Below, one piece after another: positions 22,101-29,613 of a stretch of 32,000 bases of DNA. Numbering within the stretch: position 1 is the first letter of the stretch; each line of letters opens with the position of its first letter. The DNA is from Mycolicibacterium smegmatis (GTDB lineage: Bacteria; Actinomycetota; Actinomycetes; Mycobacteriales; Mycobacteriaceae): assembly GCF_001457595.1 (NCBI RefSeq), contig NZ_LN831039.1:420001-452000 (forward strand). Reading direction: 5' to 3'. The notes beneath the pieces were generated by a model. It searched no databases. It was not told the origin of the DNA and saw nothing but the letters and a program-made list of their open reading frames with translations. The translations under genes were made by a program, and so were the position numbers.

Positions 22101-23866
22101 CCGACCCGGCGGCCGCCCGCTCCGAACTCACCAACCGACTGCCCGCCTACATGGTCCCGGCTGCGGTGGTCACGCTGGAGACGCTGCCGTTGACCGTGAA
22201 CGGCAAGCTCGACCGGCGCGCGCTGCCCGCGCCCGAATATCAGAGCGCCCAGCGCTACCGGGCACCGGAGACCGAGACCGAGAAGACCCTCGCCGGCATC
22301 TTCGCCCATGTGCTGGGCGTCGAACGGATCGGCCTCGACGACTCGTTCTTCGACCTCGGCGGGGACTCGATCTCGGCCATGCGTGTCACAGCCGCAGTCA
22401 ACACGGCGCTCGACGCCGACCTGTCGGTGCGCACGCTGTTCGAGGCACCGACCGTGGCGAAGTTGAGCCTGCACGTCGAACACGACGCCGGTGAGCGGAC
22501 CGACAGGGTCAGCTTCGCAGCGGTGCACGGCAGCGACGTCACCGAGGTGCATGCGCGCGATCTGACACTGGACAAGTTCATCGACGCTCCGACACTGCGG
22601 ACCGCGACGACCCTGCCCCGACCCGACGGCGCCGTGCAGACGGTCCTCCTGACCGGGGCCACCGGATTCCTAGGGCGCTACCTGCTGCTGGAATGGCTGA
22701 GGCAGTTGCGGCGTGTCGACGACAAGGTGATCTGCCTGGTGCGCGGAAAGTCCGACGAGGACGCCCGCAGGCGCCTCGAGGCCACTTTCGACACAGATCC
22801 GTTGCTACGCAAGCATTTCAACGAACTGGCCACCGAGCGCCTGCAGGTTGTCGCGGGCGACAAGGGACAACCGAACCTCGGGCTCGACGAACAGACCTGG
22901 CAGCGGCTGGCCGAAAGTGTCGACCTGATCGTCGATTCGGCGGCATTCGTCAACAGTGTGCTGCCCTACAGCGAACTGTTCGGACCCAACGTGGTGGGCA
23001 CGGCCGAGCTGATCCGGTTCGCGCTGACCTCGAAACTCAAGCCGTTCAACTTCGTGTCGACGTCGGACGTCGGCAGGCAGATCGAGCCGTCGCGGTTCAC
23101 CGAGCAGGCCGACATCCGGTTGGTCAGCGCGACCCGCAAGATCGAGGTCGGGTATGCCAACGGCTACGGCAACAGCAAGTGGGCAGGCGAGGTGCTGCTG
23201 CGCGAGGCCCACGACCACTGCGGCCTGCCGGTGGCGGTGTTCCGGTCGGGCATGATCATGGTCGACCCGACCTACGCCGGGCAGCTGAACGTCACGGACA
23301 CGGTGTCGCGCATGGTGCTCAGCATCGTGGCCACCGGTGTCGCACCCGGGTCGTTCTATCAGCGCGGTGACAACGGTGAGCGGCAGCGGGCACACTTCGA
23401 CGGCTTGCCCGTCGACTTCGTCGCCCAGGCCATCACCAAGCTCGGCTGGCAGGTCGCGAGGTCGGTGACCGATTCCACCGCAAGCGGTTTCGAGACTTAT
23501 CACGTGATGAACCCGCATGACGACGGCATCGGCATCGACACCTACATCGACTGGCTCATCGAGGCCGGATACCCGATCGAACGCATCGAGGACTTCGGAG
23601 AGTGGTTGCAGCGGTTCGAAGCGGCCCTGCAGGGGCTGTCGGACCAACAGCGGCAGAACTCCGTGCTGCAGATGCTGACGTTGCTCAAGCAGCAGGCGGG
23701 GGAGCTGCAGCCACCAGTGCCCACCCAGGGCTCGTTTGCGCCGGCAGACCGGTTCCAGGCCGCGGTCCGCGATGCGAACATCGGTGTGGAAGGCGAGATT
23801 CCGCATGTCACGCGGGAGGTCATCGTCAAGTACGTGACCGATCTGCAGCTGCTCGGGCTGCTGTAG
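16187..23866 (+). CDS. mps2: Non-ribosomal peptide synthetase Mps2, domain order A3-T3-E3-C4-A4-T4-reductase
   Basis: Starts in the C-A linker ([33 protein letters not shown]). T3 GGDS Ser 17888-17890; E3 [10 protein letters not shown]; C4 HHIVIDG; T4 GGDS Ser 22367-22369; NAD(P)-binding TGATGFLG at 22652-22675 followed by [15 protein letters not shown], a thioester reductase domain. Codes A3 DVWCIAAIY and A4 DVWYVAAIY (Ala-like). Overlaps mps1 by ATGA. Confidence 0.96.
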   Translation: MTAEPSTRTLLSFDLLDEDEHDQIEVWGNRAVLTDPGPTPVTIPALFAEQVVRAPDAVALVSGDRSWTYRELDEASNRLAHVLAEHGAKPGATVAFLIPRSGEAILSILSVLKTGAAYLPVDPAHPDARIGFMMSDAKPVAALTTADLRSRLDQYDLAVIDMADPAIDRRPSDALSGPRPDDLAYMTYTSGTTGVPKAVAVTHHNVTQLVSALHADLPSGPGQVWSQWHSLVFDVSVWEIWGALLHGGRLVVVPESVGSSPDDLHNLLITEKVSVLCQTPSAAGMLSPEGLESTTLIVAGEACPTELVDRWAPGRVMINAYGPTEATIYAAMSEPLTAGTGVAPIGAPVPGAALFVLDKWLRPAPEGVVGELYVAGHGVATGYIGRPDLTASRFVACPFGETGERMYRTGDLVRWGSDGQLEYLGRADEQVKIRGYRIELGEIQAALAKLDGVDQAVVIAREDRPGDKRLVGYITGTADPAQLRTALAESLPAYMVPTAVVVLDTIPLTVNGKLDRRALPAPEYRSAANDYRAPSTPAEQILADVYAQVLGVERVGVDDSFFDLGGDSILSMQVVARARAAGIQCRPRDIFVEQTVAGVARVAVAAGESHVVDEGVGPVVATPIMRWLREVDGPTGQFNQTVITQAPAGVTEDDVVVILQALLDRHATLRLRVEDTQEDTDEWSLLVPEAGAVGARECLRTVDALTDDVLVEARNRLDPAAGAMVSAVWVRETSQLVLMIHHLAVDGVSWRILLEDLNIAWAQHCTGQSIELPAGGTSFARWSALLAEHAKTDTVRDLADAWRAVTSVPQALPPVQPDTDTYVTAGQLSASLDVETTRQLLGEVPAAFRAGVQDILLVAFGLAWTEFLNRSDTPIGVDVEGHGRYDELASDVDLSRTVGWFTTKYPVALTVENLPWEQVVAGDAALGGIVKAVKEQLRSLPEGLTYGLLRYLNPEVDLGGSDPTIGFNYLGRLGAGAGELSEELWRIDQDSLALSDAASAVPMPLMHTVELNAGTIDTDNGPSLRASWTWAPSAFDEEQATRLSRLWFEALAGICAHVRGGGGGLTPSDVAPARLTQRQIDELSQRYDVTDVLPLTPVQQGLLFHSTFARGIGDDVYAVQLDITITGVLDQHRLRDAVHTVVARHPNLAARFVEQFGEPVQVLTADPMIAWRYLDLRGDDLTPDHEIEQLCAAERSAVCDLLERPTFRAALIRTSGNQHRFVLTFHHIVIDGWSLPILLQEIFAGYFGHRLPAAAPYRNFVNWLATQDATAAKAAWREVLDGFETPTLVAPPGVPGPRGIESYRVSAETTRALGELARSQHTTINTVLQAAWTQLPMRMTGQRDVAFGTAVSGRPADLAGAESMVGLLINTVPIRAKVSADTTVGDLLRQLQSHHNDTLEHEHLALNDIHHVSGHEQLFDTLFLYESYPIDTSAFMGVQELAVTEFNNREYNHYPLSVMALPGHELGLRVEYDTSVFDVSEIETLIDRFQRLLEAMIDDPARRLSSMDVVDDDERTQLDEWANRAVLTQPVDSPQSIPEVFARQVERDPEAPAVTFEGESLNYGELDEAANQLANLLAVYGAAPGKSVALMVPRSADAIVAILAVLKTGAAYLPIDPSVPAARLEFMLGDAKPVAAVTTGDLRSRFDGFDLQVVEVDDPAVEIYPSTTLLTPSPDDIAYMIYTSGTTGVPKGVAITHGNVTQVLDTLPAELPAGPGAVWSQWHSLVFDVSVWEIWGALLHGGRLVIVPESIAGSPDDLHALLVSEGVNVLYQTPSAVRMMSPEGLEGTALVVAGEACPTEVVDRWAVDRVMINAYGPTESTIYAAISAPLSPGSDVVPIGSPVPKGATFVLDEWLRPVPPGVVGELYLAGRGVGVGYVGRSGLTGTRFVACPFGEPGARMYRTGDLVRWGDDGQLQYLGRADEQVKIRGYRIELGEIQAALSDVDGVDQAVVIAREDRPGDKRLVGYITGTADPAAARSELTNRLPAYMVPAAVVTLETLPLTVNGKLDRRALPAPEYQSAQRYRAPETETEKTLAGIFAHVLGVERIGLDDSFFDLGGDSISAMRVTAAVNTALDADLSVRTLFEAPTVAKLSLHVEHDAGERTDRVSFAAVHGSDVTEVHARDLTLDKFIDAPTLRTATTLPRPDGAVQTVLLTGATGFLGRYLLLEWLRQLRRVDDKVICLVRGKSDEDARRRLEATFDTDPLLRKHFNELATERLQVVAGDKGQPNLGLDEQTWQRLAESVDLIVDSAAFVNSVLPYSELFGPNVVGTAELIRFALTSKLKPFNFVSTSDVGRQIEPSRFTEQADIRLVSATRKIEVGYANGYGNSKWAGEVLLREAHDHCGLPVAVFRSGMIMVDPTYAGQLNVTDTVSRMVLSIVATGVAPGSFYQRGDNGERQRAHFDGLPVDFVAQAITKLGWQVARSVTDSTASGFETYHVMNPHDDGIGIDTYIDWLIEAGYPIERIEDFGEWLQRFEAALQGLSDQQRQNSVLQMLTLLKQQAGELQPPVPTQGSFAPADRFQAAVRDANIGVEGEIPHVTREVIVKYVTDLQLLGLL

Positions 23867-23883
23867 GGTCGTGCGGTTTCGAT

Positions 23884-24696
23884 ATGTGGAGCAACGTCCT
23901 GGGCATGGGATTCTTCATGTCGCTGAATCCCATGCTTCTGGGCTTCGTCCCGCTGCTGTTGTCACGGCCGAGGCCGGTGCCGAACCTGTTGGTGTTCTGG
24001 ATCGGCGCCCTCATCGTCAACTTCCCGCTGATGCTGGTCCCGCTCGCCGCGATGCAACTGGTCCCCAGTTTTGCGGACCTCGCCGAAACCCTGACCACAG
24101 CGGAGCCCGGCTCGTCGGTCAAGCCGTTCCAACTCGGTGTGGGCATTTTCGCGCTGCTGGTCGGTGCTTGGATCGCCGTCCGGATGCGACTGAAGAAGCG
24201 CACACGCACTGTTGAACTGGCCCACGTCGGAGCGTCGTCGACGCTGGTGTCGGACGAGAAGCACGACCAGATGCCCGCAGCCGAGGCGGTCGCATCGCGG
24301 GGCTGGGTCAAGAGGACGATCGACAAGGTCACCTCGATCGTCGCGCCGATCCTCAAACGTGCGCGCGACGCGTGGGACAACGGGGCCCTGTGGGTGTCGC
24401 TGCTCCTCGGTTTCGCGTACATGATGCCGCCACCGATCGCACTTCTGGTCGACACCGTCATCGTGGGCGCCGATGTGCCGGTCGTGACGCAGGTGCTCGC
24501 CGTCAGCGCGTTCGTATTCGCGACACTGCTCGTCTTCGAGATCACGCTCTTGAGCTACGTAATCGCCCCGGCCAGGACTCAGGCGGTCCTGGAGCCGCTG
24601 CACGACTGGTCGCTCAAGCACCGGATGTCGATCCTGCTGATCCTGTTCATCGCAATCGGGATCTGGCAACTCGTCACCGGCCTGGGTATCGCGTGA
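23884..24696 (+). CDS. gap: Integral membrane protein Gap (GPL addressing/transport protein family)
   Basis: Multiple hydrophobic segments (MGFFMSLNPMLLGFVPLLLSRPRPVPNLLVFWIGALIVNFPLMLVPLAAMQL... SILLILFIAIGIWQLVTGLGIA). Position directly after mps2. Start taken at ATG 23884; the ORF-track start at 23602 is an overlap artefact. Confidence 0.88.
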   Translation: MWSNVLGMGFFMSLNPMLLGFVPLLLSRPRPVPNLLVFWIGALIVNFPLMLVPLAAMQLVPSFADLAETLTTAEPGSSVKPFQLGVGIFALLVGAWIAVRMRLKKRTRTVELAHVGASSTLVSDEKHDQMPAAEAVASRGWVKRTIDKVTSIVAPILKRARDAWDNGALWVSLLLGFAYMMPPPIALLVDTVIVGADVPVVTQVLAVSAFVFATLLVFEITLLSYVIAPARTQAVLEPLHDWSLKHRMSILLILFIAIGIWQLVTGLGIA

Positions 24697-24700
24697 GAAT

Positions 24701-24724
24701 TTTCGGCCGCGATTTCGGCCGCGA
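24701..24724 (+). repeat. Tandem 12-bp direct repeat TTTCGGCCGCGA x2 between gap and sap
   Basis: Exact copies at 24701-24712 and 24713-24724, starting about 5 nt after the gap stop codon. Confidence 0.6.
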
Positions 24725-24797
24725 TGTCGAGAATGCGGTCATGGCTCCGTCCCCGAGGTGAACGACCAACTAGGGTCGCGAACGGGAGGAGAAACCC

Positions 24798-25208
24798 ATG
24801 GCCAAGTACCTGCTTCTCAAGCACTACCGCGGCGCGCCGGCAGCGGTCAACGATGTGCCGATGGACCAGTGGGCACCGGACGAGATCGAGGCCCATCTCC
24901 AGTACATGAAGAGCCTCGCGACGCATCTGGAGAGCACCGGCGAGTTTGTCGACGCGCAGGCACTCGCCCCGACCGGGGCGTGGGTGCGCTACGACGGTGA
25001 GGGCAGACCGCCCGTCACCGACGGACCCTTCGCCGAGACCAAGGACCTCGTCGCCGGTTGGATGATCATCGACGTCGACTCGTACGAGCGGGCTGTCGAG
25101 GTGGCGGGGGAGTTGTCGGCCGCGCCGGGCGCCGGCGGAAAGCCGATCCACGAGTGGCTCGAGGTGCGGCCGTTCCTGGGTGATTCGGACGCCTGCCACG
25201 GGGAGTAG
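24798..25208 (+). CDS. sap: Small DGPF/YCII-domain protein (GPL-locus Sap)
   Basis: MAKYLLLKHYRGAP... PPVTDGPFAETKDLVAGWMIIDVDSYERAVEVAGELSAAPG...PIHEWLEVRPF carries the DGPF motif of YCII-related proteins. RBS-like GGGAGGAG upstream. Confidence 0.9.
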   Translation: MAKYLLLKHYRGAPAAVNDVPMDQWAPDEIEAHLQYMKSLATHLESTGEFVDAQALAPTGAWVRYDGEGRPPVTDGPFAETKDLVAGWMIIDVDSYERAVEVAGELSAAPGAGGKPIHEWLEVRPFLGDSDACHGE

Positions 25209-25216
25209 ATCCGGCG

Positions 25217-26392
25217 ATGGATCCGGCGGCCCTGCGGGACCTGATCCCCGGCGTCCTCGCGGCCCTCGTGCGCCGCGGCGTCGATTTCGCCACAGCCGAG
25301 GACGCGGTCCAGGAAGCCCTGATCAAGGCACTGGAAACATGGTCGACCGGCCGGGCGCCCGATGATCCGAAGGCCTGGCTGATCACGACCGCGTGGCGCC
25401 GGTTCATCGACGTCGCCCGCGCCGAGGCCGCGCGTCGTAGCCGCGAGCTACGGACCGCGGTCGAGGATCCGCAGGGTCCCACGGTTCCGGTGGACGACAC
25501 GCTGCAGCTGTACTTCCTGTGTGCACACCCGAGTCTGAGCCCGGCGTCGGCCGTGGCGCTTACGCTGCGAGCGGTCGGCGGCCTCACCACCCGGCAGATA
25601 GCGAGGGCCTACCTGGTGCCCGAATCGACCATGGCCCAACGGATCAGCCGCGCCAAGCGCACGGTCAGCGAGGTCCGGCTGAACCGGCTGGGCAACCTCG
25701 GCACGGTGCTGAGGGTCCTGTACCTGGTGTTCAACGAGGGCTACACGGGCGACGTCGACCTTTCCGCCGAGGCGATCCGGCTGGCCCGCCAACTCGCGGC
25801 CGCCACCGACGCCCCGGAGGTCGCCGGATTGCTGGCACTGTTCCTGCTGCACGACGCCCGGCGACCGGCCCGCACGCGTGCCGACGGGACCCTGGTACCC
25901 CTCGCCGAGCAGGACCGCACGCTGTGGCGCCATGATCTGATCACCGAGGGTGTGGCCGTGCTGCAGGCCGCGCTGGCGGCCGACCGGCTCGGGGAGTACC
26001 AGGCACAGGCCGCGATCGCCGCGCTGCACGCCGACGCGAGGACTGCCGACGAAACCGACTGGGTGCAGATCGTCGAGTGGTACGACGAACTCGTTGCCCT
26101 CACCGACAGCCCCGTCGCGCGCCTCAACCGTGCGGTGGCAGTGGGTGAGGCCGACGGGCCGCGTGCGGGTCTGGCGGCCCTGGCCGAGCTCGACCCGGCG
26201 CTGCCGCGCCATACCGCGTCGGCGGCATATCTGCACGAACGTGCCGGCGACATCGCGCGTGCTGCCCAGCTGTACGTCGAAGCGGCCGACCAAGCGCATA
26301 CCGTGCCGGAGCGAAATCACCTGCTGCTCAAGGCCGCCACGTTGCATCAGCGCCTCGGCTCACCGGGAGATGCAAAGAGGCTCCCGGGGTGA
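25217..26392 (+). CDS. ecf: ECF sigma factor with a long TPR-like C-terminal extension (ECF42/DGPF-associated type)
   Basis: Sigma region 2 (ATAEDAVQEALIKALETWSTGRAPDDPKAWLITTAWRRFIDVARAEAARR) and region 4 (LTLRAVGGLTTRQIARAYLVPESTMAQRISRAKRTV). Extension ends ...ERNHLLLKAATLHQRLGSPGDAKRLPG. 8 nt downstream of the DGPF gene. Confidence 0.92.
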   Translation: MDPAALRDLIPGVLAALVRRGVDFATAEDAVQEALIKALETWSTGRAPDDPKAWLITTAWRRFIDVARAEAARRSRELRTAVEDPQGPTVPVDDTLQLYFLCAHPSLSPASAVALTLRAVGGLTTRQIARAYLVPESTMAQRISRAKRTVSEVRLNRLGNLGTVLRVLYLVFNEGYTGDVDLSAEAIRLARQLAAATDAPEVAGLLALFLLHDARRPARTRADGTLVPLAEQDRTLWRHDLITEGVAVLQAALAADRLGEYQAQAAIAALHADARTADETDWVQIVEWYDELVALTDSPVARLNRAVAVGEADGPRAGLAALAELDPALPRHTASAAYLHERAGDIARAAQLYVEAADQAHTVPERNHLLLKAATLHQRLGSPGDAKRLPG

Positions 26393-26406
26393 CCCGGGAG
26401 CCTCTT
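26375..26406. terminator. Perfect hairpin (14-bp stem, 4-nt loop) at the convergent ecf/fadE5 junction, putative bidirectional terminator
   Basis: AAGAGGCTCCCGGG (26375-26388) - GTGA - CCCGGGAGCCTCTT (26393-26406). The ecf stop codon TGA (26390-26392) lies in the loop. No U-tract follows. Confidence 0.75.
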
Positions 26407-26434
26407 CGGTGAAGCGTTGCCTCAGAACGCGCCT

Positions 26435-28270
26435 CTAGAACGCCGCCTCGTCCAACTCCATGACGTCGTTGTCGAGGTTCTCGATGATCTGGCGCGTGCT
26501 GGTCAGCAGCGGCAGCATGTTCTTGGCGAAGAACGACGCCGCGGCGATCTTGCCCTCGTAGAAGGACTTGTCGGCACCGGTGGCGCCTGCGTCGAGCTTC
26601 TCGATGGCCACCGCGGCCTGGCGTGCCAGCAGCCAGCCGGACAGCAGATCGCCGACCGCCATCAGGAACCGGACCGAGCCGAGGCCCACCTTGTAGATCG
26701 AGGCGGCATCCTCCTGCGCGGCCATCAGGTAGCCGGTCAGTGAAGCGGCCATGCCCTGGACGTCGGCGAGCGCGGTGGCGAGCAGTTCGCGCTCGGTCTT
26801 CAGGCGGCCGTTGCCGTTCTCGTTCTTGATGAACTGCTCGATCTCGCCCGCGACGTAGGCCAGTGCCTGACCCTTGTCACGGATGATCTTGCGGAAGAAG
26901 AAGTCCTGCGCCTGGATGGCAGTGGTGCCCTCGTACAGCGAGTCGATCTTCGAGTCGCGGATGTACTGCTCGATCGGGTAGTCCTGCAGGAAGCCGGAAC
27001 CACCGAGGGTCTGCAGGCTCTCGGTGAGCTTGGCGTAGGCGGTCTCCGAGCCGAAGCCCTTGACGATCGGCAGCAGCAGATCGTTGACGCGTGCGGCGAG
27101 GTCGCCGTCGACGCCGTGCACGGCCTGGGCCACCTCGGCGTCCTGGAAGGTCGCGGTGTACAGGTAGATCGCACGCAGACCCTCGGCGTAGGCCTTCTGG
27201 GTCATCAGGCTGCGACGCACATCCGGGTGGTGCGTGATGGTCACGCGCGGTGCGGTCTTGTCGGTCATCTGCGTCATGTCGGCGCCCTGGACACGCTCCT
27301 TGGCGTACTCGAGCGCATTGAGGTAACCGGTCGACAGCGTGGCGATGGCCTTGGTACCCACCATCATTCGCGCCTGCTCGATCACGTCGAACATCTGCGC
27401 GATGCCGTTGTGCACCTCGCCCACCAGCCAGCCGACGGCGGGGATGCCGTGCTGACCCAGCGACAGCTCACACGTGGCCGAGACCTTCAGGCCCATCTTG
27501 TGCTCGACGTTGGTGACGAAAACGCCGTTGCGCTCACCGATCTCACCGGTCTCGTGGTCGAAGTGGAACTTCGGCACGAAGAACAGCGACAGACCCTTGG
27601 TGCCCGGTCCGGCGCCCTCGGGGCGGGCCAGCACCAGGTGCATGATGTTCTCGAACAGGTCGTCGGAGTCGGCCGAGGTGATGAATCGCTTCACACCCTC
27701 GATGTGCCAGGTGCCGTCAGGCTGCTGAACTGCCTTGGTGCGGCCCGCGCCGACGTCGGAGCCCGCGTCGGGTTCGGTCAGCACCATGGTGGCGCCCCAG
27801 CCGCGCTCGGCGGCGATGGTGGCCCACTTCTTCTGCTCGTCGGTGCCGTTGTTGTAGAAGATCTCGCTCATGCCCGGGCCCATGGCGTACATGTAGGCCG
27901 CAGGGTTGGCGCCGAGGATGTGCTCGATCAGGGCCCACTGCAGTGCACGCGGCATCGGGATGCCGCCGAGGTGCTCTGCGAGGCCGACCTTGTCCCAGCC
28001 GCCGTCGAACAGCGCACGCATCGACTTCTTGAAGCCCTCGGGCAGCGTGACGGTATGGGTTTCGGGATCGAACACCGGGGGATTGCGGTCACCCTCGACG
28101 AAGGATTCGGCGATCGGGCCCTCGGCCAGGCGCGCGATCTCGGTGAGCATCTCGCGGGCGGTGTCGGCATCCAGGTCGCTGAACTTGTCAGCGCCGAGCA
28201 CCTTGTCCACACCGAAAACCTCGAACAGGTTGAATACCTGATCACGGACATTGCTCTTGTAGTGGCTCAC
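26435..28270 (-). CDS. fadE5: Acyl-CoA dehydrogenase FadE5
   Basis: [36 protein letters not shown]... [25 protein letters not shown] ... [41 protein letters not shown] start at 28270 preceded by GAGGAGG. The ORF-track start at 28483 adds 71 non-homologous residues. Confidence 0.94.
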
Positions 28271-28317
28271 TTTTCCTCCTCGACGAGAATGCCACTTGAG
28301 GTTGGGTACTCCGGATA

Positions 28318-28370
28318 AGTTACCCACCAGTAACTGCGGCCAACTATACCGTTCAGTAACTTCAACGCAA
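28318..28370 (-). promoter_or_regulatory. Putative fadE5 promoter (TTGCGT-N16-TATAGT on the minus strand) with GTAACT operator-like sites
   Basis: -10 complement ACTATA at 28343-28348 and -35 complement ACGCAA at 28365-28370. AGTTAC-N6-GTAACT at 28318-28335 and a further GTAACT at 28356-28361 in the spacer. Confidence 0.45.
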
Positions 28371-28507
28371 GCCCGGTGCTGGCAATTTCCGACCGCTGAC
28401 CAACCCAACGGTTGATCGACCAGGCGTTCACGGTCGGGCACCCCTCCTGAAGTGCGCCTTCGTTCGAATGTGAGGATCGTCACGCGGCGCCTCGCTAGAT
28501 TGGCTCA

Positions 28508-29596
28508 ATGCGGCGGATCGCGGTGTGGGGAACGGGAAACATGGGGTCGACGGCCATCCGCTCGGCGGTGGCGTTCCCCGGACTCGAACTGGCGGCGGTC
28601 ATCACGTCTTCGCAGGACAAAGTGGGTCGCGACGCCGCGATGTTCGCCGGTCTCGCCGAGCCGACGGGCGTCACCGCGACAGACGACGTCGACTCCGCGC
28701 TCGGCGCGTGCGATGCCGTCGCCTACATGGCCTCCGGTGACATCCGGCCCGAGGAGGCGATCGCTGACATCGAGCGCTGTCTGCGTTCTGGCAAACATGT
28801 CGTGACCCCCGCGCTGTACTCCCTCTACGACCCGCGGTCCGCCCCCGAACACTGGGTCGAGCGCCTCACCGACGCCGCGACGGCAGGCAACGCGACCCTT
28901 CTCGTCAGCGGTGTCGACCCGGGGTGGGCCAACGACGCGCTCGCGGTGACCGCGGCCGGACTGTGCACACGCATTCGCAGCATCCGGTGTCAGGAGATCT
29001 TCGACTACTCGACCTACGACCAGCCGTACGCCGTGCGCGTGCTGTGCGGCTTCGGGACACCCATGGGCCCGGACGATCCCGTGCCGATGATGCTGCTCCC
29101 GACGATCCCGACCATGGTGTGGGGCGGCAACGTTCGCATGATCGGCCGGGGGCTGGGACTGCAGATCGACGACATCACCGAGAAGGTGGAACGGCTGCCC
29201 TTGGCTCAGGCGTGCGAGAACGTGCTGGGCCGCTTCGAGACGGGCACGCAGGGTGCGTTCCGGGTGCAGGTGATCGGATGGGCGGACGGGGTCGAGCGCG
29301 TCGTCATCGACCACATCACGCGCATCGACCCGGCGTGCGCCCCGGACTGGCCGCAGCCCGACCAGGGTGCGGGGGATCACCGGGTGCTCATCGACGGGGA
29401 TCCCCAGCTGAGCATCGTCGTGCGCGCCGACGTACCGGGCGGCACGCGGGCCGACGGCGGCAACACCACGGCAACCAACCGCCTTCTCGGTGCCATCGCC
29501 TGGCTGGCCGAACAGAAGCCCGGCATCTACGACGGCCTGGATGTGCCGTTGCATCCGCCGCTGCCGGCCGAGGCCGAGGCGACCCGCTGGGCCTGA
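28508..29596 (+). CDS. DapB-like/Rv0926c-like NAD(P)-dependent oxidoreductase (dihydrodipicolinate reductase-like N-terminus)
   Basis: MRRIAVWGTGNMGSTAIRSAVAFPGLELAAVITSSQDKVGRDAA... GKHVVTPALYSL... LLVSGVDPGWANDALAVTAAGLCTRI shows a Rossmann GTGNMG motif and the fold pattern of this family. Confidence 0.8.
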   Translation: MRRIAVWGTGNMGSTAIRSAVAFPGLELAAVITSSQDKVGRDAAMFAGLAEPTGVTATDDVDSALGACDAVAYMASGDIRPEEAIADIERCLRSGKHVVTPALYSLYDPRSAPEHWVERLTDAATAGNATLLVSGVDPGWANDALAVTAAGLCTRIRSIRCQEIFDYSTYDQPYAVRVLCGFGTPMGPDDPVPMMLLPTIPTMVWGGNVRMIGRGLGLQIDDITEKVERLPLAQACENVLGRFETGTQGAFRVQVIGWADGVERVVIDHITRIDPACAPDWPQPDQGAGDHRVLIDGDPQLSIVVRADVPGGTRADGGNTTATNRLLGAIAWLAEQKPGIYDGLDVPLHPPLPAEAEATRWA

Positions 29597-29613
29597 GCCT
29601 GTCGGCTCAGGCC
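29590..29613. terminator. Perfect hairpin (10-bp stem, 4-nt loop) at the convergent oxidoreductase/pks junction
   Basis: GGCCTGAGCC (29590-29599) - TGTC - GGCTCAGGCC (29604-29613). The upstream gene's TGA (29594-29596) and the pks stop (29607-29609 on the minus strand) both sit in the stem. Confidence 0.7.

Noticed and set aside
20588-22552. 654-aa minus-strand ORF opposite mps2
   Set aside because: Antisense shadow; resembles other antisense ORFs only because the sense modules are repeats.
23602-23883. N-terminal extension of the gap ORF
   Set aside because: It overlaps the C-terminus of mps2 in another frame and shows no membrane-protein character; the credible start is ATG 23884.
27116-28318. 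400-aa plus-strand ORF opposite fadE5
   Set aside because: Opposite strongly conserved acyl-CoA dehydrogenase sequence; artefactual.
28271-28483. N-terminal 71-aa extension of fadE5 (ATG 28483)
   Set aside because: The strong GAGGAGG-aaaa-GTG at 28270 begins the recognisable FadE5 sequence. The extension covers the promoter region.
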